38,153 nucleotides of DNA. Origin: a virus. The stretch is taken from UHGV virus genome UHGV-0081093; one strand, written 5' to 3'. Shown in pieces: positions 28,008 to 38,153 of this stretch (its first letter is position 1; each line of letters opens with the position of its first letter). Under the pieces are notes generated by a model. It made no database searches and was not told the DNA's origin. It saw nothing but the letters and a program-made list of their open reading frames with translations. Made by a program: the position numbers and the translations under genes.

Positions 28008-28025
28008 TGTGTGAATAACGGTACA
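28008..28025. promoter_or_regulatory. Ogr-type late promoter activator site (TGT-N12-ACA), candidate PF
   Basis: TGTGTGAATAACGGTACA about 77 bp upstream of the FI start, with a CAGGAGG RBS downstream. Confidence 0.55.
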
Positions 28026-28101
28026 ACTGCGCTTAGCTGTTTGTCGGACACAATCACTTCAACATAGGGCGAAGCCTAATCCAATCAGGAGGTTCGCCGC
28101 T

Positions 28102-29274
28102 ATGGCTCAGGATTACCACCACGGGGTGCGCGTTGTTGAAGTCAACGAAGGCACCCGATCCATTACCACGGTGAGCACCGCCATCGTGGGTATGGTCTGC
28201 ACGGGCGATGATGCCGATGCAAAAATGTTTCCTCTTAATAAACCCGTGCTGATCACTGATGTGCTGACTGCCAGCGGTAAAGCGGGTGAGTCCGGTACGC
28301 TGGCCCGTTCGCTGGACGCCATCGCTGACCAGGCAAAACCCGTGACCGTTGTTGTGCGTGTGCCGCAGGGTGAAACGGAAGAAGAAACCACGACCAATAT
28401 CATCGGAGCAGTGACCGCTGAAGGTAAAAAAACAGGCATGAAAGCCTTGTTATCTGCCCAGTCACAGCTTGGCGTTAAACCGCGCATTCTCGGCGTGCCA
28501 GGCCACGACACCAAGGCGGTAGCTACTGAGTTGCTGAGCGTGGCGCAAAGCCTGCGTGGATTTGCTTACCTGTCAGCGTATGGCTGCAAGACGGTACAGG
28601 AGGCGATCACTTACCGTGAAAACTTCAGCCAGCGCGAAGGGATGCTGATCTGGCCTGACTTTACTGGCTGGGACACGGTGCTGAATGCCGAAGCAACGGC
28701 ATATGCCACCGCCCGTGCGCTTGGTCTGCGCGCCAAAATTGACGAGCAGACCGGATGGCACAAAAGCCTGTCCAACGTGGGCGTGAACGGTGTCACCGGA
28801 ATTTCTGCTGATGTGTTCTGGGATCTGCAGGACACGGCAACAGATGCGGGACTGCTGAACCAGAACGACGTCACCACCCTTATCCGCAAAGACGGTTTCC
28901 GCTTCTGGGGTTCCCGCTGCCTGAGTGATGACCCGCTCTTTGCCTTCGAAAACTACACCCGCACGGCGCAAGTACTTATGGACACAATGGCAGAAGCGCA
29001 TATGTGGGCGGTGGACAAACCGCTGAACCCGTCGTTGGCCCGCGACATTATCGAAGGTATCCGCGCCAAAATGCGCAGCCTGGTCAGTCAGGGCTATCTC
29101 ATTGGTGGTGATTGCTGGCTGGATGAGTCGGTGAACGACAAAGACACGCTGAAAGCCGGGAAGCTCACCATCGACTACGACTACACGCCAGTGCCGCCAC
29201 TTGAAAACCTGATGCTGCGTCAGCGCATCACCGATCAGTACCTGGTGAATTTCTCCAGCCAGGTCAGCGCGTAA
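28102..29274 (+). CDS. FI: Tail sheath protein (P2 gpFI-like)
   Basis: 390 aa, first gene of the FI-FII-E-T-U-D operon. Confidence 0.88.
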   Translation: MAQDYHHGVRVVEVNEGTRSITTVSTAIVGMVCTGDDADAKMFPLNKPVLITDVLTASGKAGESGTLARSLDAIADQAKPVTVVVRVPQGETEEETTTNIIGAVTAEGKKTGMKALLSAQSQLGVKPRILGVPGHDTKAVATELLSVAQSLRGFAYLSAYGCKTVQEAITYRENFSQREGMLIWPDFTGWDTVLNAEATAYATARALGLRAKIDEQTGWHKSLSNVGVNGVTGISADVFWDLQDTATDAGLLNQNDVTTLIRKDGFRFWGSRCLSDDPLFAFENYTRTAQVLMDTMAEAHMWAVDKPLNPSLARDIIEGIRAKMRSLVSQGYLIGGDCWLDESVNDKDTLKAGKLTIDYDYTPVPPLENLMLRQRITDQYLVNFSSQVSA

Positions 29275-29283
29275 GGGGACAAC

Positions 29284-29799
29284 ATGGCTTTACCACGCAA
29301 ATTAAAACACCTGAACCTGTTTAACGACGGGAACAACTGGCAGGGGATCGTTGAGTCGCTGACGCTGCCGAAATTCACCCGCAAATATGAGAAGTATCGC
29401 GGCGGCGGAATGCCGGGGGCGGTGGATGTGGATCTGGGGCTTGATGACAGTGCTCTGGACACAGAATTTTCCATTGGTGGTACTGAGCTGCTGCTGTTTA
29501 AGCAGATGGGCAAAGCCACGGTGGATGGCATCCAGTTGCGCTTTACCGGCTCTATCCAGCGTGATGATACCGGGGAAGTGCAGGCCGTGGAGCTTGTGGT
29601 GCGTGGACGTCACAAAGAAGTGGATTCCGGCGAGTGGAAGACGGGCGAAAGCAACACCACTAAAGTGACCAGTACCAACAGCTACGCGAAGCTGACTATC
29701 AATGGTGAGGTGCTCTATGAAGTGGACCTTATCAACATGGTGGAAATTGTGGACGGTGTGGACCTGATGGAAGCGCACCGCAACGCCCTCGGCCTCTGA
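29284..29799 (+). CDS. FII: Tail tube protein (P2 gpFII-like)
   Basis: 171 aa, immediately after the sheath gene. Confidence 0.88.
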   Translation: MALPRKLKHLNLFNDGNNWQGIVESLTLPKFTRKYEKYRGGGMPGAVDVDLGLDDSALDTEFSIGGTELLLFKQMGKATVDGIQLRFTGSIQRDDTGEVQAVELVVRGRHKEVDSGEWKTGESNTTKVTSTNSYAKLTINGEVLYEVDLINMVEIVDGVDLMEAHRNALGL

Positions 29800-29853
29800 T
29801 GTATCTGAACGGCGCGGAATGCCGCGCCAGAACCTAATTTACAGGACAGCAAA

Positions 29854-30290
29854 ATGAGCGATAAGCAGACTGAAAAGACCATTCAACTGGATACCCCCAT
29901 CATGCGTGGTAAAACTGAAATCACCGAAATTGTGCTGCGTAAACCGCAGTCCGGTGCGCTGCGCGGTACACGCCTGCAGGCCATTATGGATATGGATGTG
30001 AACGCGATGATGACCGTGATCCCCCGCATCTCCAGCCCGGCGCTGACTGCACAGGAAATTGCAGAGATGGACCCGGCAGATCTCACTGCCATGTCGGTTG
30101 AGGTTGTCACTTTTTTGTTGAAGAAGTCGGTGCTTGCCGGTTTACCGACAGCCTGACGGTTGACGATCTGGTGGCAGATATCGCCACCATTTTTCACTGG
30201 CCGCCATCCGTTACTGACGTTATGCCGCTGACCGAAGTGCTGGAATGGCGGTATAAAGCGATTCAGAGAAGCGGGGCCAACGATGAGTGA
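29854..30290 (+). CDS. E: Tail assembly chaperone E with -1 frameshift extension E' (E: 29854..30156; E' continues to 30290)
   Basis: Slippery heptamer TTTTTTG at 30111..30117 inside E. The -1 frame stays open to TGA at 30288..30290, overlapping the T start, as in P2 E/E'. Confidence 0.75.
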
Positions 30291-33200
30291 TAATAACCTG
30301 CGCCTGCAGGTCATTCTTAATGCGGTTGACAAACTCACCCGCCCATTCCGTGCTGCACAGGCCAGTTCGAAAGAGCTGGCTGGCGCAATCAGAAACTCCC
30401 GTGACGCATTAAAGCAACTCAATCAGGCGGGTAACAGCCTGGAAAAATTTCGCAAGCTGCAGGCCGATAACAAAAAGTTAGGCGACAGGCTGAACTATGC
30501 CAGACAGAAGGCAAATTTGCTTAGTTCTGAGCTGGAAGCGATGGAACAACCATCACAAAGGCATCTTGTGGCTTTAGGTCGGCAAACGCTGGCAGTCCAA
30601 CGCCTGGAAGAACAACAAAAATATTTGCAGAAGCAAACGGCGCTTGTGCGTGCAGAACTGTACCGGGCGGGAATTTCTGCGAAAGATGATGCGGGAGCAA
30701 CTGCCCGTTTAGCCCGTGAAACATCACGTTATAACCAGGAACTTTCGAAACAAGAGGCGCGGCTGAAGCGACTGGGGGAAGCTCAGCGCAGGATGAATGC
30801 GGCGCGTGCCAGTTATGCCCGTTCGCTGGAGGTGCGTGATCGTATTGCAGGTGCCGGAGCCACCACCACGGCTGCAGGGCTGGCAATGGGCGCACCAGTG
30901 ATGGCGGCAGTAAAAAGCTATACCAGCATGGAAGATGCCATGAAAGGTGTGGCAAAGCAGGTCAATGGTCTGCGTGACGATAATGGCAACCGCACCGCGC
31001 GTTTTTACGAAATGCAGGATGCCATCAAGGGTGCCAGCGAACAGTTGCCGATGGAAAACGGTGCTGTGGACTTTGCCGCACTGGTTGAAGGTGGTGCGCG
31101 CATGAACGTCGCAAATCCTGACGACAGCTGGGAAGACCAGAAACGTGATCTGCTGGCCTTCGCCAGCACGGCAGCAAAGGCGGCAACAGCCTTTGAGCTG
31201 CCAGCGGATGAACTGTCAGAAAGTCTGGGGAAAATCGCCCAGCTCTACAAAATCCCTACCCGCAATATTGAACAGCTCGGTGATGCGCTGAACTATCTGG
31301 ATGATAACGCCATGTCGAAAGGGGCAGACATCATTGATGTCATGCAACGCCTGGGCGGTGTGGCTGATCGTCTGGATTATCGTAAAGCGGCGGCACTGGG
31401 TTCCACCTTTCTGACACTGGGCGCTGCGCCGGAGGTTGCAGCCAGTGCAGCAAACGCGATGGTGCGTGAATTGTCCATTGCCACCATGCAAAGCAAGAGT
31501 TTCTTTGAAGGGATGAATCTGCTGAAACTCAATCCTGAAGTGATTGAAAAGCAGATGACGAAGGATGCGATGGGAACTATCCAGCGTGTGCTGGAGAAGG
31601 TGAACGCACTGCCGCAGGACAAGCGTCTGTCTGCCATGACCATGTTGTTTGGTAAAGAGTTTGGTGATGACGCGGCGAAACTGGCAAACAACCTTCCGGA
31701 ACTGCAGCGCCAGCTAAAACTGACAGCGGGCAATGATGCGCTCGGTTCCATGCAGAAAGAATCCGACATCAACAAAGACTCACTTTCTGCTCAGTGGTTG
31801 CTGGTCAAAACCGGAGCGCAGAACACCTTCAGCAGCCTGGGCGAAACGCTGCGCCAGCCGCTGATGGATATTCTGTACACGGTGAAAAGCATCACGGGGG
31901 CGTTGCGCCGCTGGGTGGAAGCTAACCCGGAACTGACAGGCACACTGATGAAAGTAGCGGCTGTTGTGGCTGCGGTTACCGTAGGCCTCGGCACCTTAGC
32001 GGTGGCGCTGGCTGCAGTGCTGGGGCCGCTGGCAGTCATCCGTCTGGGATTCTCTGTGCTGGGTATCAAAACGTTACCTTCCGTTACGGCAGCAGTAACA
32101 CGAACCAGCAGCGCGTTGTCCTGGTTAGCTGGCGCTCCACTGGCACTGCTGCGACGCGGGCTTGCTTCATCGGGCAACGCAGCGGGTTTACTTACTGCGC
32201 CGTTGTCGTCTTTGCGCCGCACGGCATCACTGACGGGGAATGTCCTGAAAACTGTAGCAGGTGTGCCGGTTGCACTGTTGCGGTCTGGATTATCCGGTTT
32301 ACGTGCTGTTGCTGTGATGTTTATGAATCCACTGGCAGCACTACGCGGTGGACTGGCTGCCGCAGGCGCGGTGCTGCGAGTACTGGCATCCGGTCCGCTG
32401 GCGATGCTGCGCGTTGCTCTGTATGCCATATCTGGTCTGTTAGGTGCTCTGCTCAGTCCGATAGGTCTTGTGGTTACTGCACTGGCGGGCGTGGCGCTGG
32501 TTGTCTGGAAATACTGGCAACCCATCACCGCATTTCTCGCTGGTGTGGTGGAAGGATTCAAAGCGGCGGCAGGTCCCATCAGTGCAGCATTCGAACCACT
32601 TAAGCCTGTGTTTCAGTGGATTGGCGACAAAGTGCAGGCGTTGTGGGGCTGGTTTACTGATCTGCTGACGCCCGTTAAGTCGACCTCTGCCGAACTGCAG
32701 AGCGCAGCGGCAATGGGGCGACGATTCGGGGAGGCACTGGCGGAAGGGCTGAATATGGTCATGCATCCGCTGGACTCCCTGAAATCCGGCGTTTCCTGGT
32801 TGCTGGAGAAACTCGGCATTGTCAGTAAAGAGGCTGCAAAGGCGAAACTGCCGGAAAGCGTGACGCGTCAGCAACCTGCGACGGTGAATGCAGACGGTAA
32901 AGTGATGATGCCATCGGGTGGTTTTCCATCATGGGGATATGGCTTTGCGGGGATGTATGACAGCGGCGGCTATATCCCGCGCGGGCAGTTTGGCATCGTC
33001 GGTGAAAACGGGCCGGAAATTGTTAACGGCCCGGCAAATGTGACCAGCCGGAGAAATACAGCTGCACTGGCTGCCGTTGTTGCCGGAATGATGGGCGTTG
33101 CTGCCGCGCCTGCAGAGCTTCCACCGTTGCATCCTTTGGCACTTCCCGCGAAAGGCGGCGAAGCGATGGTGAGTCGTGCAGCCACTGTGCCGCCCGTTCA

Positions 33201-33360
33201 CCGGATTGAGGCACCGACGCAGATCATCATTCAGACGCAGCCAGGACAAAGTGCGCAGGATATTGCGCGGGAGGTGGCACGCCAGCTTGATGAACGTGAA
33301 CGCAGGCTGAAGGCAAAAGCCAGGAGTAACTACAGCGATCAGGGGGGATACGACGCATGA
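30283..33360 (+). CDS. T: Tail tape measure protein (P2 gpT-like)
   Basis: 1025 aa, Ala/Leu-rich with a coiled-coil N-part and hydrophobic central segments; position after E/E'. Confidence 0.88.
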   Translation: MSDNNLRLQVILNAVDKLTRPFRAAQASSKELAGAIRNSRDALKQLNQAGNSLEKFRKLQADNKKLGDRLNYARQKANLLSSELEAMEQPSQRHLVALGRQTLAVQRLEEQQKYLQKQTALVRAELYRAGISAKDDAGATARLARETSRYNQELSKQEARLKRLGEAQRRMNAARASYARSLEVRDRIAGAGATTTAAGLAMGAPVMAAVKSYTSMEDAMKGVAKQVNGLRDDNGNRTARFYEMQDAIKGASEQLPMENGAVDFAALVEGGARMNVANPDDSWEDQKRDLLAFASTAAKAATAFELPADELSESLGKIAQLYKIPTRNIEQLGDALNYLDDNAMSKGADIIDVMQRLGGVADRLDYRKAAALGSTFLTLGAAPEVAASAANAMVRELSIATMQSKSFFEGMNLLKLNPEVIEKQMTKDAMGTIQRVLEKVNALPQDKRLSAMTMLFGKEFGDDAAKLANNLPELQRQLKLTAGNDALGSMQKESDINKDSLSAQWLLVKTGAQNTFSSLGETLRQPLMDILYTVKSITGALRRWVEANPELTGTLMKVAAVVAAVTVGLGTLAVALAAVLGPLAVIRLGFSVLGIKTLPSVTAAVTRTSSALSWLAGAPLALLRRGLASSGNAAGLLTAPLSSLRRTASLTGNVLKTVAGVPVALLRSGLSGLRAVAVMFMNPLAALRGGLAAAGAVLRVLASGPLAMLRVALYAISGLLGALLSPIGLVVTALAGVALVVWKYWQPITAFLAGVVEGFKAAAGPISAAFEPLKPVFQWIGDKVQALWGWFTDLLTPVKSTSAELQSAAAMGRRFGEALAEGLNMVMHPLDSLKSGVSWLLEKLGIVSKEAAKAKLPESVTRQQPATVNADGKVMMPSGGFPSWGYGFAGMYDSGGYIPRGQFGIVGENGPEIVNGPANVTSRRNTAALAAVVAGMMGVAAAPAELPPLHPLALPAKGGEAMVSRAATVPPVHRIEAPTQIIIQTQPGQSAQDIAREVARQLDERERRLKAKARSNYSDQGGYDA

Positions 33361-33842
33361 TGATGGTGCTGGGATTGTACGTGTTTATGCTGCGCACCGT
33401 TCCGTATCAGGAACTGCAGTATCAACGCAGCTGGCGACATGCGGCAAACAGCCGGGTAAACCGTCGTCCGTCCACGCAGTTTCTGGGACCGGACAACGAC
33501 ATGCTGACGCTTTCTGGTGTTCTTATGCCGGAGATAACGGGCGGCAGGCTGTCGTTGCTGGCTCTGGAGCAGATGGCAGAACAGGGAAAAGCATGGCCCC
33601 TGATTGAAGGCAGCGGCACGATTTACGGCATGTATGTGATTGAGGGACTGAATCAGACTAAAACGGAGTTTTTCCGCGACGGTATGCCGCGCCGGATTGA
33701 GTTCACCCTGTCGCTCAAACGGGTGGATGAATCCCTGTCCGATATGTTCGGTGATCTCAGTGCGCAACTGAATAATCTGCAGGACACGGCAACGTCTGCC
33801 TTAAGCGATATCAGTAAAACGGTGGGAGGGCTGCTGCCGTGA
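33357..33842 (+). CDS. U: Tail protein (P2 gpU-like)
   Basis: 161 aa, position. Confidence 0.8.
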   Translation: MMMVLGLYVFMLRTVPYQELQYQRSWRHAANSRVNRRPSTQFLGPDNDMLTLSGVLMPEITGGRLSLLALEQMAEQGKAWPLIEGSGTIYGMYVIEGLNQTKTEFFRDGMPRRIEFTLSLKRVDESLSDMFGDLSAQLNNLQDTATSALSDISKTVGGLLP

Positions 33843-34939
33843 ATTTCAGCTCTGAAGTGCTTAACAAAGGCAACAAAACTCCCGCATTCAGCATCAGTAT
33901 TGAGGGCAGGGATATCACCACTGTGCTGGATAACCGCCTGATGAGTTTGACGCTGACGGACAATCGGGGCTTTGAAGCGGACCAGCTTGATCTGGAGCTG
34001 GACGACGCCGACGGAAAAATCGTGCTGCCGCGCCGTGGTGCGGTCATTACGCTGGCGCTGGGCTGGAAGGGGCTGCCGCTTTTCCCGAAAGGGGCATTCA
34101 CGGTGGACGAGATTGAACACACTGGCGCACCGGACCGCCTGACTATCCGGGCGCGAAGTGCTGATTTTCGTGAAACGCTGAATACCCGCCGTGAAAAATC
34201 GTGGCATAACACCACCATCGGGGAAGTGGTGAAGGAAATAGCCGCGCGGCACAAGCTGAAGATGGCACTGGGTAAAGACCTGTCGGATAAGCCCGTGGAG
34301 CATATAGACCAGACTAATGAGAGTGACGGCAGTTTTCTGATGCGGCTGGCGCGACAGTACGGTGCTATTGCGTCGGTGAAAAATGGCAATCTGTTATTCA
34401 TCCGGCAGGGACAGGGTAAAAGCGCCAGCGGTAAACCACTACCGGTGATCACTATCACACGTAAGGACGGCGACAGTCACCGCTTTACCCTGGCGGATCG
34501 CGGAGCTTACACGGGTGTAATTGCCAGCTGGTTGCATACCCGCGAACCCGCGAAGAAAGAAAGCACCACGGTGAAGCGTAAGCGCAGGACTAAGAAGCAG
34601 AAGAAAGAGCCGGAAGCGAAGCAGGGCGATTACCTGGTAGGGACGGATGAAAACGTGCTGGTACTTAATCGCACCTATGCTAATCGGAGTAACGCCGAAC
34701 GGGCAGCGAAAATGCAGTGGGAACGCCTGCAACGCGGTGTTGCGTCATTCTCGCTACAACTAGCGGAAGGTCGGGCGGATCTCTACACGGAAATGCCTGT
34801 GAAGGTCAGCGGCTTTAAACAGCCGATAGATGATGCGGAATGGACCATTACCACCCTGACACATACCGTCAGCCCGGATAACGGTTTTACGACCAGTCTG
34901 GAGCTTGAAGTGAGGATTGATGATTTCGAAATGGAATGA
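33839..34939 (+). CDS. D: Tail protein / late control gene D (P2 gpD-like)
   Basis: 366 aa, last tail gene before ogr. Confidence 0.8.
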   Translation: MNFSSEVLNKGNKTPAFSISIEGRDITTVLDNRLMSLTLTDNRGFEADQLDLELDDADGKIVLPRRGAVITLALGWKGLPLFPKGAFTVDEIEHTGAPDRLTIRARSADFRETLNTRREKSWHNTTIGEVVKEIAARHKLKMALGKDLSDKPVEHIDQTNESDGSFLMRLARQYGAIASVKNGNLLFIRQGQGKSASGKPLPVITITRKDGDSHRFTLADRGAYTGVIASWLHTREPAKKESTTVKRKRRTKKQKKEPEAKQGDYLVGTDENVLVLNRTYANRSNAERAAKMQWERLQRGVASFSLQLAEGRADLYTEMPVKVSGFKQPIDDAEWTITTLTHTVSPDNGFTTSLELEVRIDDFEME

Positions 34940-35029
34940 TTCTTCGCAATGGAGAACTTTTAAGTTTGCAAAATGGAATAATACGGTATCATTGTTGTGA
35001 ATTTAGCAAAAATGGGGAGAACTCGAAAA

Positions 35030-35248
35030 ATGATGATTTGCCCACTGTGTGGAAGTGCCGCCCATACTCGCAGCAGTTTTCAGGTATCTTCATTGACCAA
35101 AGAGCGTTATAACCAGTGCCAGAACATTAACTGCAGCCATACTTTTGTTACCCATGAAACTTTTGTTCGTTCGATTGCAACACCAAAAGAGTCGAATCCA
35201 GTTCAGCCGCATCCAATGAAATCAGGACAGGTGGCGCTCTCTCTTTGA
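35030..35248 (+). CDS. ogr: Late gene transcriptional activator (Ogr/Delta zinc-finger family)
   Basis: MMICPLCGSAAHTRSS...YNQCQNINCSHTF has the same CxxC...CxxxxC spacing as P2 Ogr (MFHCPLCQHAAHARTS...YHQCQNVNCSATF). GGGGAGA RBS; the track ORF from 34997 is an extension. Confidence 0.85.
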   Translation: MMICPLCGSAAHTRSSFQVSSLTKERYNQCQNINCSHTFVTHETFVRSIATPKESNPVQPHPMKSGQVALSL

Positions 35249-35313
35249 CGCTGCCGCCATTTTGTCGCCATCGTTAAAAAACAGTGCTTCTAACATCATG
35301 ATTTTAAACATCT

Positions 35314-35339
35314 TAAATTTCAGGCAACAAAAAACCCAT
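35314..35339. repeat. attR core (26-bp direct repeat)
   Basis: Identical to 591..616. The following hairpin (CCCATCAACC ... GGTTGATGGG, 35335..35371) preceded by an A-run probably acts as the ybjL terminator on the minus strand. Confidence 0.8.
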
Positions 35340-35483
35340 CAACCTTGAACCGAAATGGCGGGGTTGATGGGCTCCACAAAATGGGGACATCAAAGAAAAG
35401 CAGTGGCACTAATTAAGACTGATGCCCTGCGGAAAAGTTCTGCGGTTGTGCAAAAAAATTTCATTTTCAGGGCAACTTCAGTT

Positions 35484-37169
35484 TTATCCTAATCCTGGCC
35501 ATACCATGACGATGATTGTCCCTGCCAGCGTCAGCAGGACGTTGGCGATTGCATAGGTGCCCGCATAGCCCAGCGCCGGGATGTTACTGCGAGCTGTATC
35601 ACTGATGATCTCCATTGCCGGCGCGCAGGTGCGTGCGCCCATCATTGCGCCGAACAACAGTGCGCGGTTCATTCGCAATACATAAGCACCGAACAAGAAA
35701 CAGATAACCACTGGCACAAGACTGACAATCAATCCGGCAATCAACATCTGACCGCCAATCGCGCCTAGGCCGTTATTAATACCGCTACCGGCGCTCAGAC
35801 CAACGCCTGCCATAAACACCATTAAGCCGAACTCTTTCACCATGCTTAATGCACCCTGCGGAATGTAACCGAAGGTCGGGTGGTTAGCGCGCATAAATCC
35901 CAGCATAATTCCGGCGAATAACAACCCGGCAGCGTTCCCCATGCCGAAACTGAATGTGCTGAACTGGAAGGTGATCATCCCGATCATCAGCCCAATAACA
36001 AAGAAGGCGCAGAATGCCAGCAAGTCAGTGACCTGGCTGTGAATCGAGATAAAGCCGATGCGATCGGCGATGGTTTTTACGCGACGGGCATCGCCGCTGA
36101 CTTGTAAAACGTCACCTTTGTTAAGCACGACGTTGTCATCTATCGGCATCTCAATCTGGCTACGAATGACGCGGTTAAGGAAGCAACCGTGATCGGTCAA
36201 CTTCAGTTGTGCGAGACGTTTGCCCACGGCGTTATGGTTTTTAACGACCACTTCTTCAGTGACGATACGCATGTCGAGAAGGTCACGATCGAAAACTTCT
36301 TTGCCGTTACGGAAGCTGGGATCGAGTCGTGCGTGGGCGTCGGGATAGCCTACCAACGCTATTTCATCGCCCATTTGTAGCACAGCATCACCGTCTGGAT
36401 TCGCCAGAATCCCGTTACGTCGAATACGTTCAATGTAGCAGCCAGTTTGTCGATAAATACCCAGTTCACGCAGATTTTTGCCGTCGGTCCAGGCCACCAG
36501 CTCCGGGCCGACGCGGTAGGCGCGGATCACCGGTAAATAAACCTTACGGTTGGCATCAGTGTCCAGGCCACGTTCGCGGGCGATTTGCTGGGCGCTGGTC
36601 TGTAAGTCCTGATGCTGCAATTTCGGCAAGTAACGCGCACCAACAATCAAACTCACCAGACCGATTAAATAGGTTAAGGCATACCCGAGGCTCAGATTAT
36701 CCAGTGCCAGTGAGAGCTGCCTGCTTTCCATGCCGGAATGACGCAGTGTATCGCCAGCACCGACCAGAACCGGTGTCGACGTCATAGAGCCAGCTAACAT
36801 ACCGGCCGTCAGGCCAATATCCCAGCCAAACAGCTTACCTAACCCTAAGGCGATCACCAGCGCACTGCCAACCATCACCAGTGCTAACATTAGGTAATTT
36901 TTCCCATCGCGAAAAAAAATGGAAAAAAAGTTCGGTCCGGCTTCGACCCCGACGCAGAAAATAAACAGCATAAAGCCAAGATTAAGCGCGTCGGTGTTAA
37001 TGCTGAAATGTTGTTGGCCTAATAACAGCGATACGACTAAAACGCCAATGGAATTACCCAGTTGGATCGAACCAAGTCGTAATTTCCCGAGACATAGCCC
37101 AAGCGCGAGGACCACAAATAATAACAGAATGTAATTCCCATTTAACAATTCGGCGACGTTTATATTCAC
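35484..37169 (-). CDS. ybjL: Putative transport protein YbjL (two membrane domains flanking paired cytoplasmic TrkA-C-like domains)
   Basis: 561-aa polytopic membrane protein; matches E. coli YbjL by size, sequence and its position next to ybjM/grxA. Confidence 0.85.
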
Positions 37170-37438
37170 GGAGGCTAACTTCTTGTTTACTAGTAAGCTG
37201 TTGAAAGAAATGGTAATTTACGATAATGTTTTTTACCAGAATTCAGGGCGCAGATTCATTCAGCGCACCTAAAAGATAGTAAAGTAACAATATATTTTAC
37301 TAGTGTAATCACATTAGGTATCAACGGCTATATGAATTGCGTTGGCCTATATTAGCATGGAATGCGAAGCGGCTTTATCTTACTGAACGCCACACTGGCG
37401 AAAAATGTGTTCGATAGACGCAGTGTCAGGAGGAACGA

Positions 37439-37816
37439 GTGAAACATAAACAACGTTGGGCGGGGGCAATCTGCTGTTTTGTCCTCTTCATTGTGGTGTG
37501 TCTTTTTCTGGCGACGCACATGAAAGGCGCTTTTCGGGCTGCCGGGCATCCTGAAATCGGTTTGCTATTTTTCATTCTTCCTGGTGCAGTTGCCAGCTTC
37601 TTTTCACATCGTAGAGAAGTCCTGAAACCTCTGTTTGGCGCAATGCTGGCGGCACCCTGTTCGATGCTCATTATGCGGCTGTTTTTTTCACCGACGCGCT
37701 CATTCTGGCAAGAGCTGGCATGGTTATTAAGTGCGGTGTTCTGGTGTGCGCTGGGGGCATTGTGTTTCTTATTTATCAGTAGTTTGTTTAAACCACAGCA
37801 CAGAAAAAATCAATAA
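37439..37816 (+). CDS. ybjM: Inner membrane protein YbjM
   Basis: 125-aa hydrophobic protein between ybjL and grxA. Confidence 0.75.
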   Translation: MKHKQRWAGAICCFVLFIVVCLFLATHMKGAFRAAGHPEIGLLFFILPGAVASFFSHRREVLKPLFGAMLAAPCSMLIMRLFFSPTRSFWQELAWLLSAVFWCALGALCFLFISSLFKPQHRKNQ

Positions 37817-37837
37817 AGCCCTCAACGCGAGGGCTTG
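37816..37837. terminator. Bidirectional rho-independent terminator between ybjM and grxA
   Basis: Hairpin AGCCCTC-AACGC-GAGGGCT followed by TT on the plus strand and preceded by an A-run (T-run on the minus strand). Confidence 0.55.
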
Positions 37838-37845
37838 TCAGACGA

Positions 37846-38103
37846 TCAGGCGTCCAGATTCTCTTTCGCCCATGCAGCAAAATCGGTATAGCCGCCGATA
37901 TGTTGCTGATCGACAAAAATCTGCGGCACGGTTTCTACGGGTTTACCTGCCTTTTGTTGTAGATCTTCTTTAGTGATCCCTTCCGCACGAATATCTACAT
38001 ACTGATACTGGAAATCATCGCGTTCATTGCTCAATTTCTCAGCCAGATCTTTTGCACGCACACAGTAAGGGCAACCCGGACGACCAAAAATAACGGTTTG
38101 CAT
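37846..38103 (-). CDS. grxA: Glutaredoxin 1
   Basis: MQTVIFGRPGCPYCVRAKDLAEK... with the CPYC active site, 85 aa from the internal Met of the track ORF; matches E. coli GrxA. Confidence 0.9.
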   Translation of the reverse strand: MQTVIFGRPGCPYCVRAKDLAEKLSNERDDFQYQYVDIRAEGITKEDLQQKAGKPVETVPQIFVDQQHIGGYTDFAAWAKENLDA

Positions 38104-38153
38104 TATTTCTCTCCTCATAGATTTATGCCTGTAATGATCACGCTAAAATGTAT

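Larger units (their letters stand above)
591..35339. mobile_element. P2/186-like prophage (integrase to ogr) integrated between rcdA and ybjL
   Basis: Bounded by an identical 26-bp direct repeat (591..616 and 35314..35339). Contains a tyrosine integrase, an immunity region, replication gene A and a full P2-order set of head, lysis, tail and ogr genes, flanked by chromosomal rcdA and ybjL/ybjM/grxA. Confidence 0.85.

Noticed and set aside
31791-32579. 262-aa antisense ORF inside the tape measure gene, and similar long antisense ORFs (e.g. 14651..15433 in P, 16858..17520 in N, 33653..34458 across U/D, 6612..7181 in A, 28573..29001 in FI)
   Set aside because: They lie opposite strongly supported conserved genes, have Ala/Arg/Ser-rich low-complexity translations typical of GC-rich antisense frames, and lack RBSs. 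Treated as non-coding.
1-38153. CRISPR arrays, tRNA/rRNA genes, IS elements
   Set aside because: I found no regularly spaced short direct repeats with unique spacers, no tRNA-like cloverleaf region at the prophage ends (integration is next to rcdA, not a tRNA), and no transposase-like ORFs with terminal inverted repeats. The only repeats seen are the att core, the 15-bp arm-type repeats and the invertase crossover sites.

Overview
The window is a roughly 34.7 kb P2/186-like temperate myovirus prophage (about 591..35339) integrated in an E. coli-type chromosome between rcdA/ybjK (left) and ybjL-ybjM-grxA (right), bounded by a 26-bp perfect direct repeat. Layout: attL, integrase, 186-like immunity/early region, Dam methylase, replication initiator A, a LexA-box-controlled small-gene module, an AT-rich cargo gene, a cos-like site, a two-gene cargo operon, then the P2-order late genes (Q P | O N M L X, lysis cassette, R S | V W J I H G | invertible tail-fibre segment with Gin/Pin-type invertase | FI FII E/E' T U D), ogr and attR. 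The best candidates for an undescribed system are the two cargo loci flanking the cos-like site: a 525-aa AT-rich protein with TPR-like repeats and a C-terminal RNDLEH (HEPN-type) motif, and an operon pairing a 339-aa HEXXH metallopeptidase-domain protein with a 212-aa protein whose N-terminus looks PIN-like. All homology calls come from reading the translations and from gene order; no database search was run.
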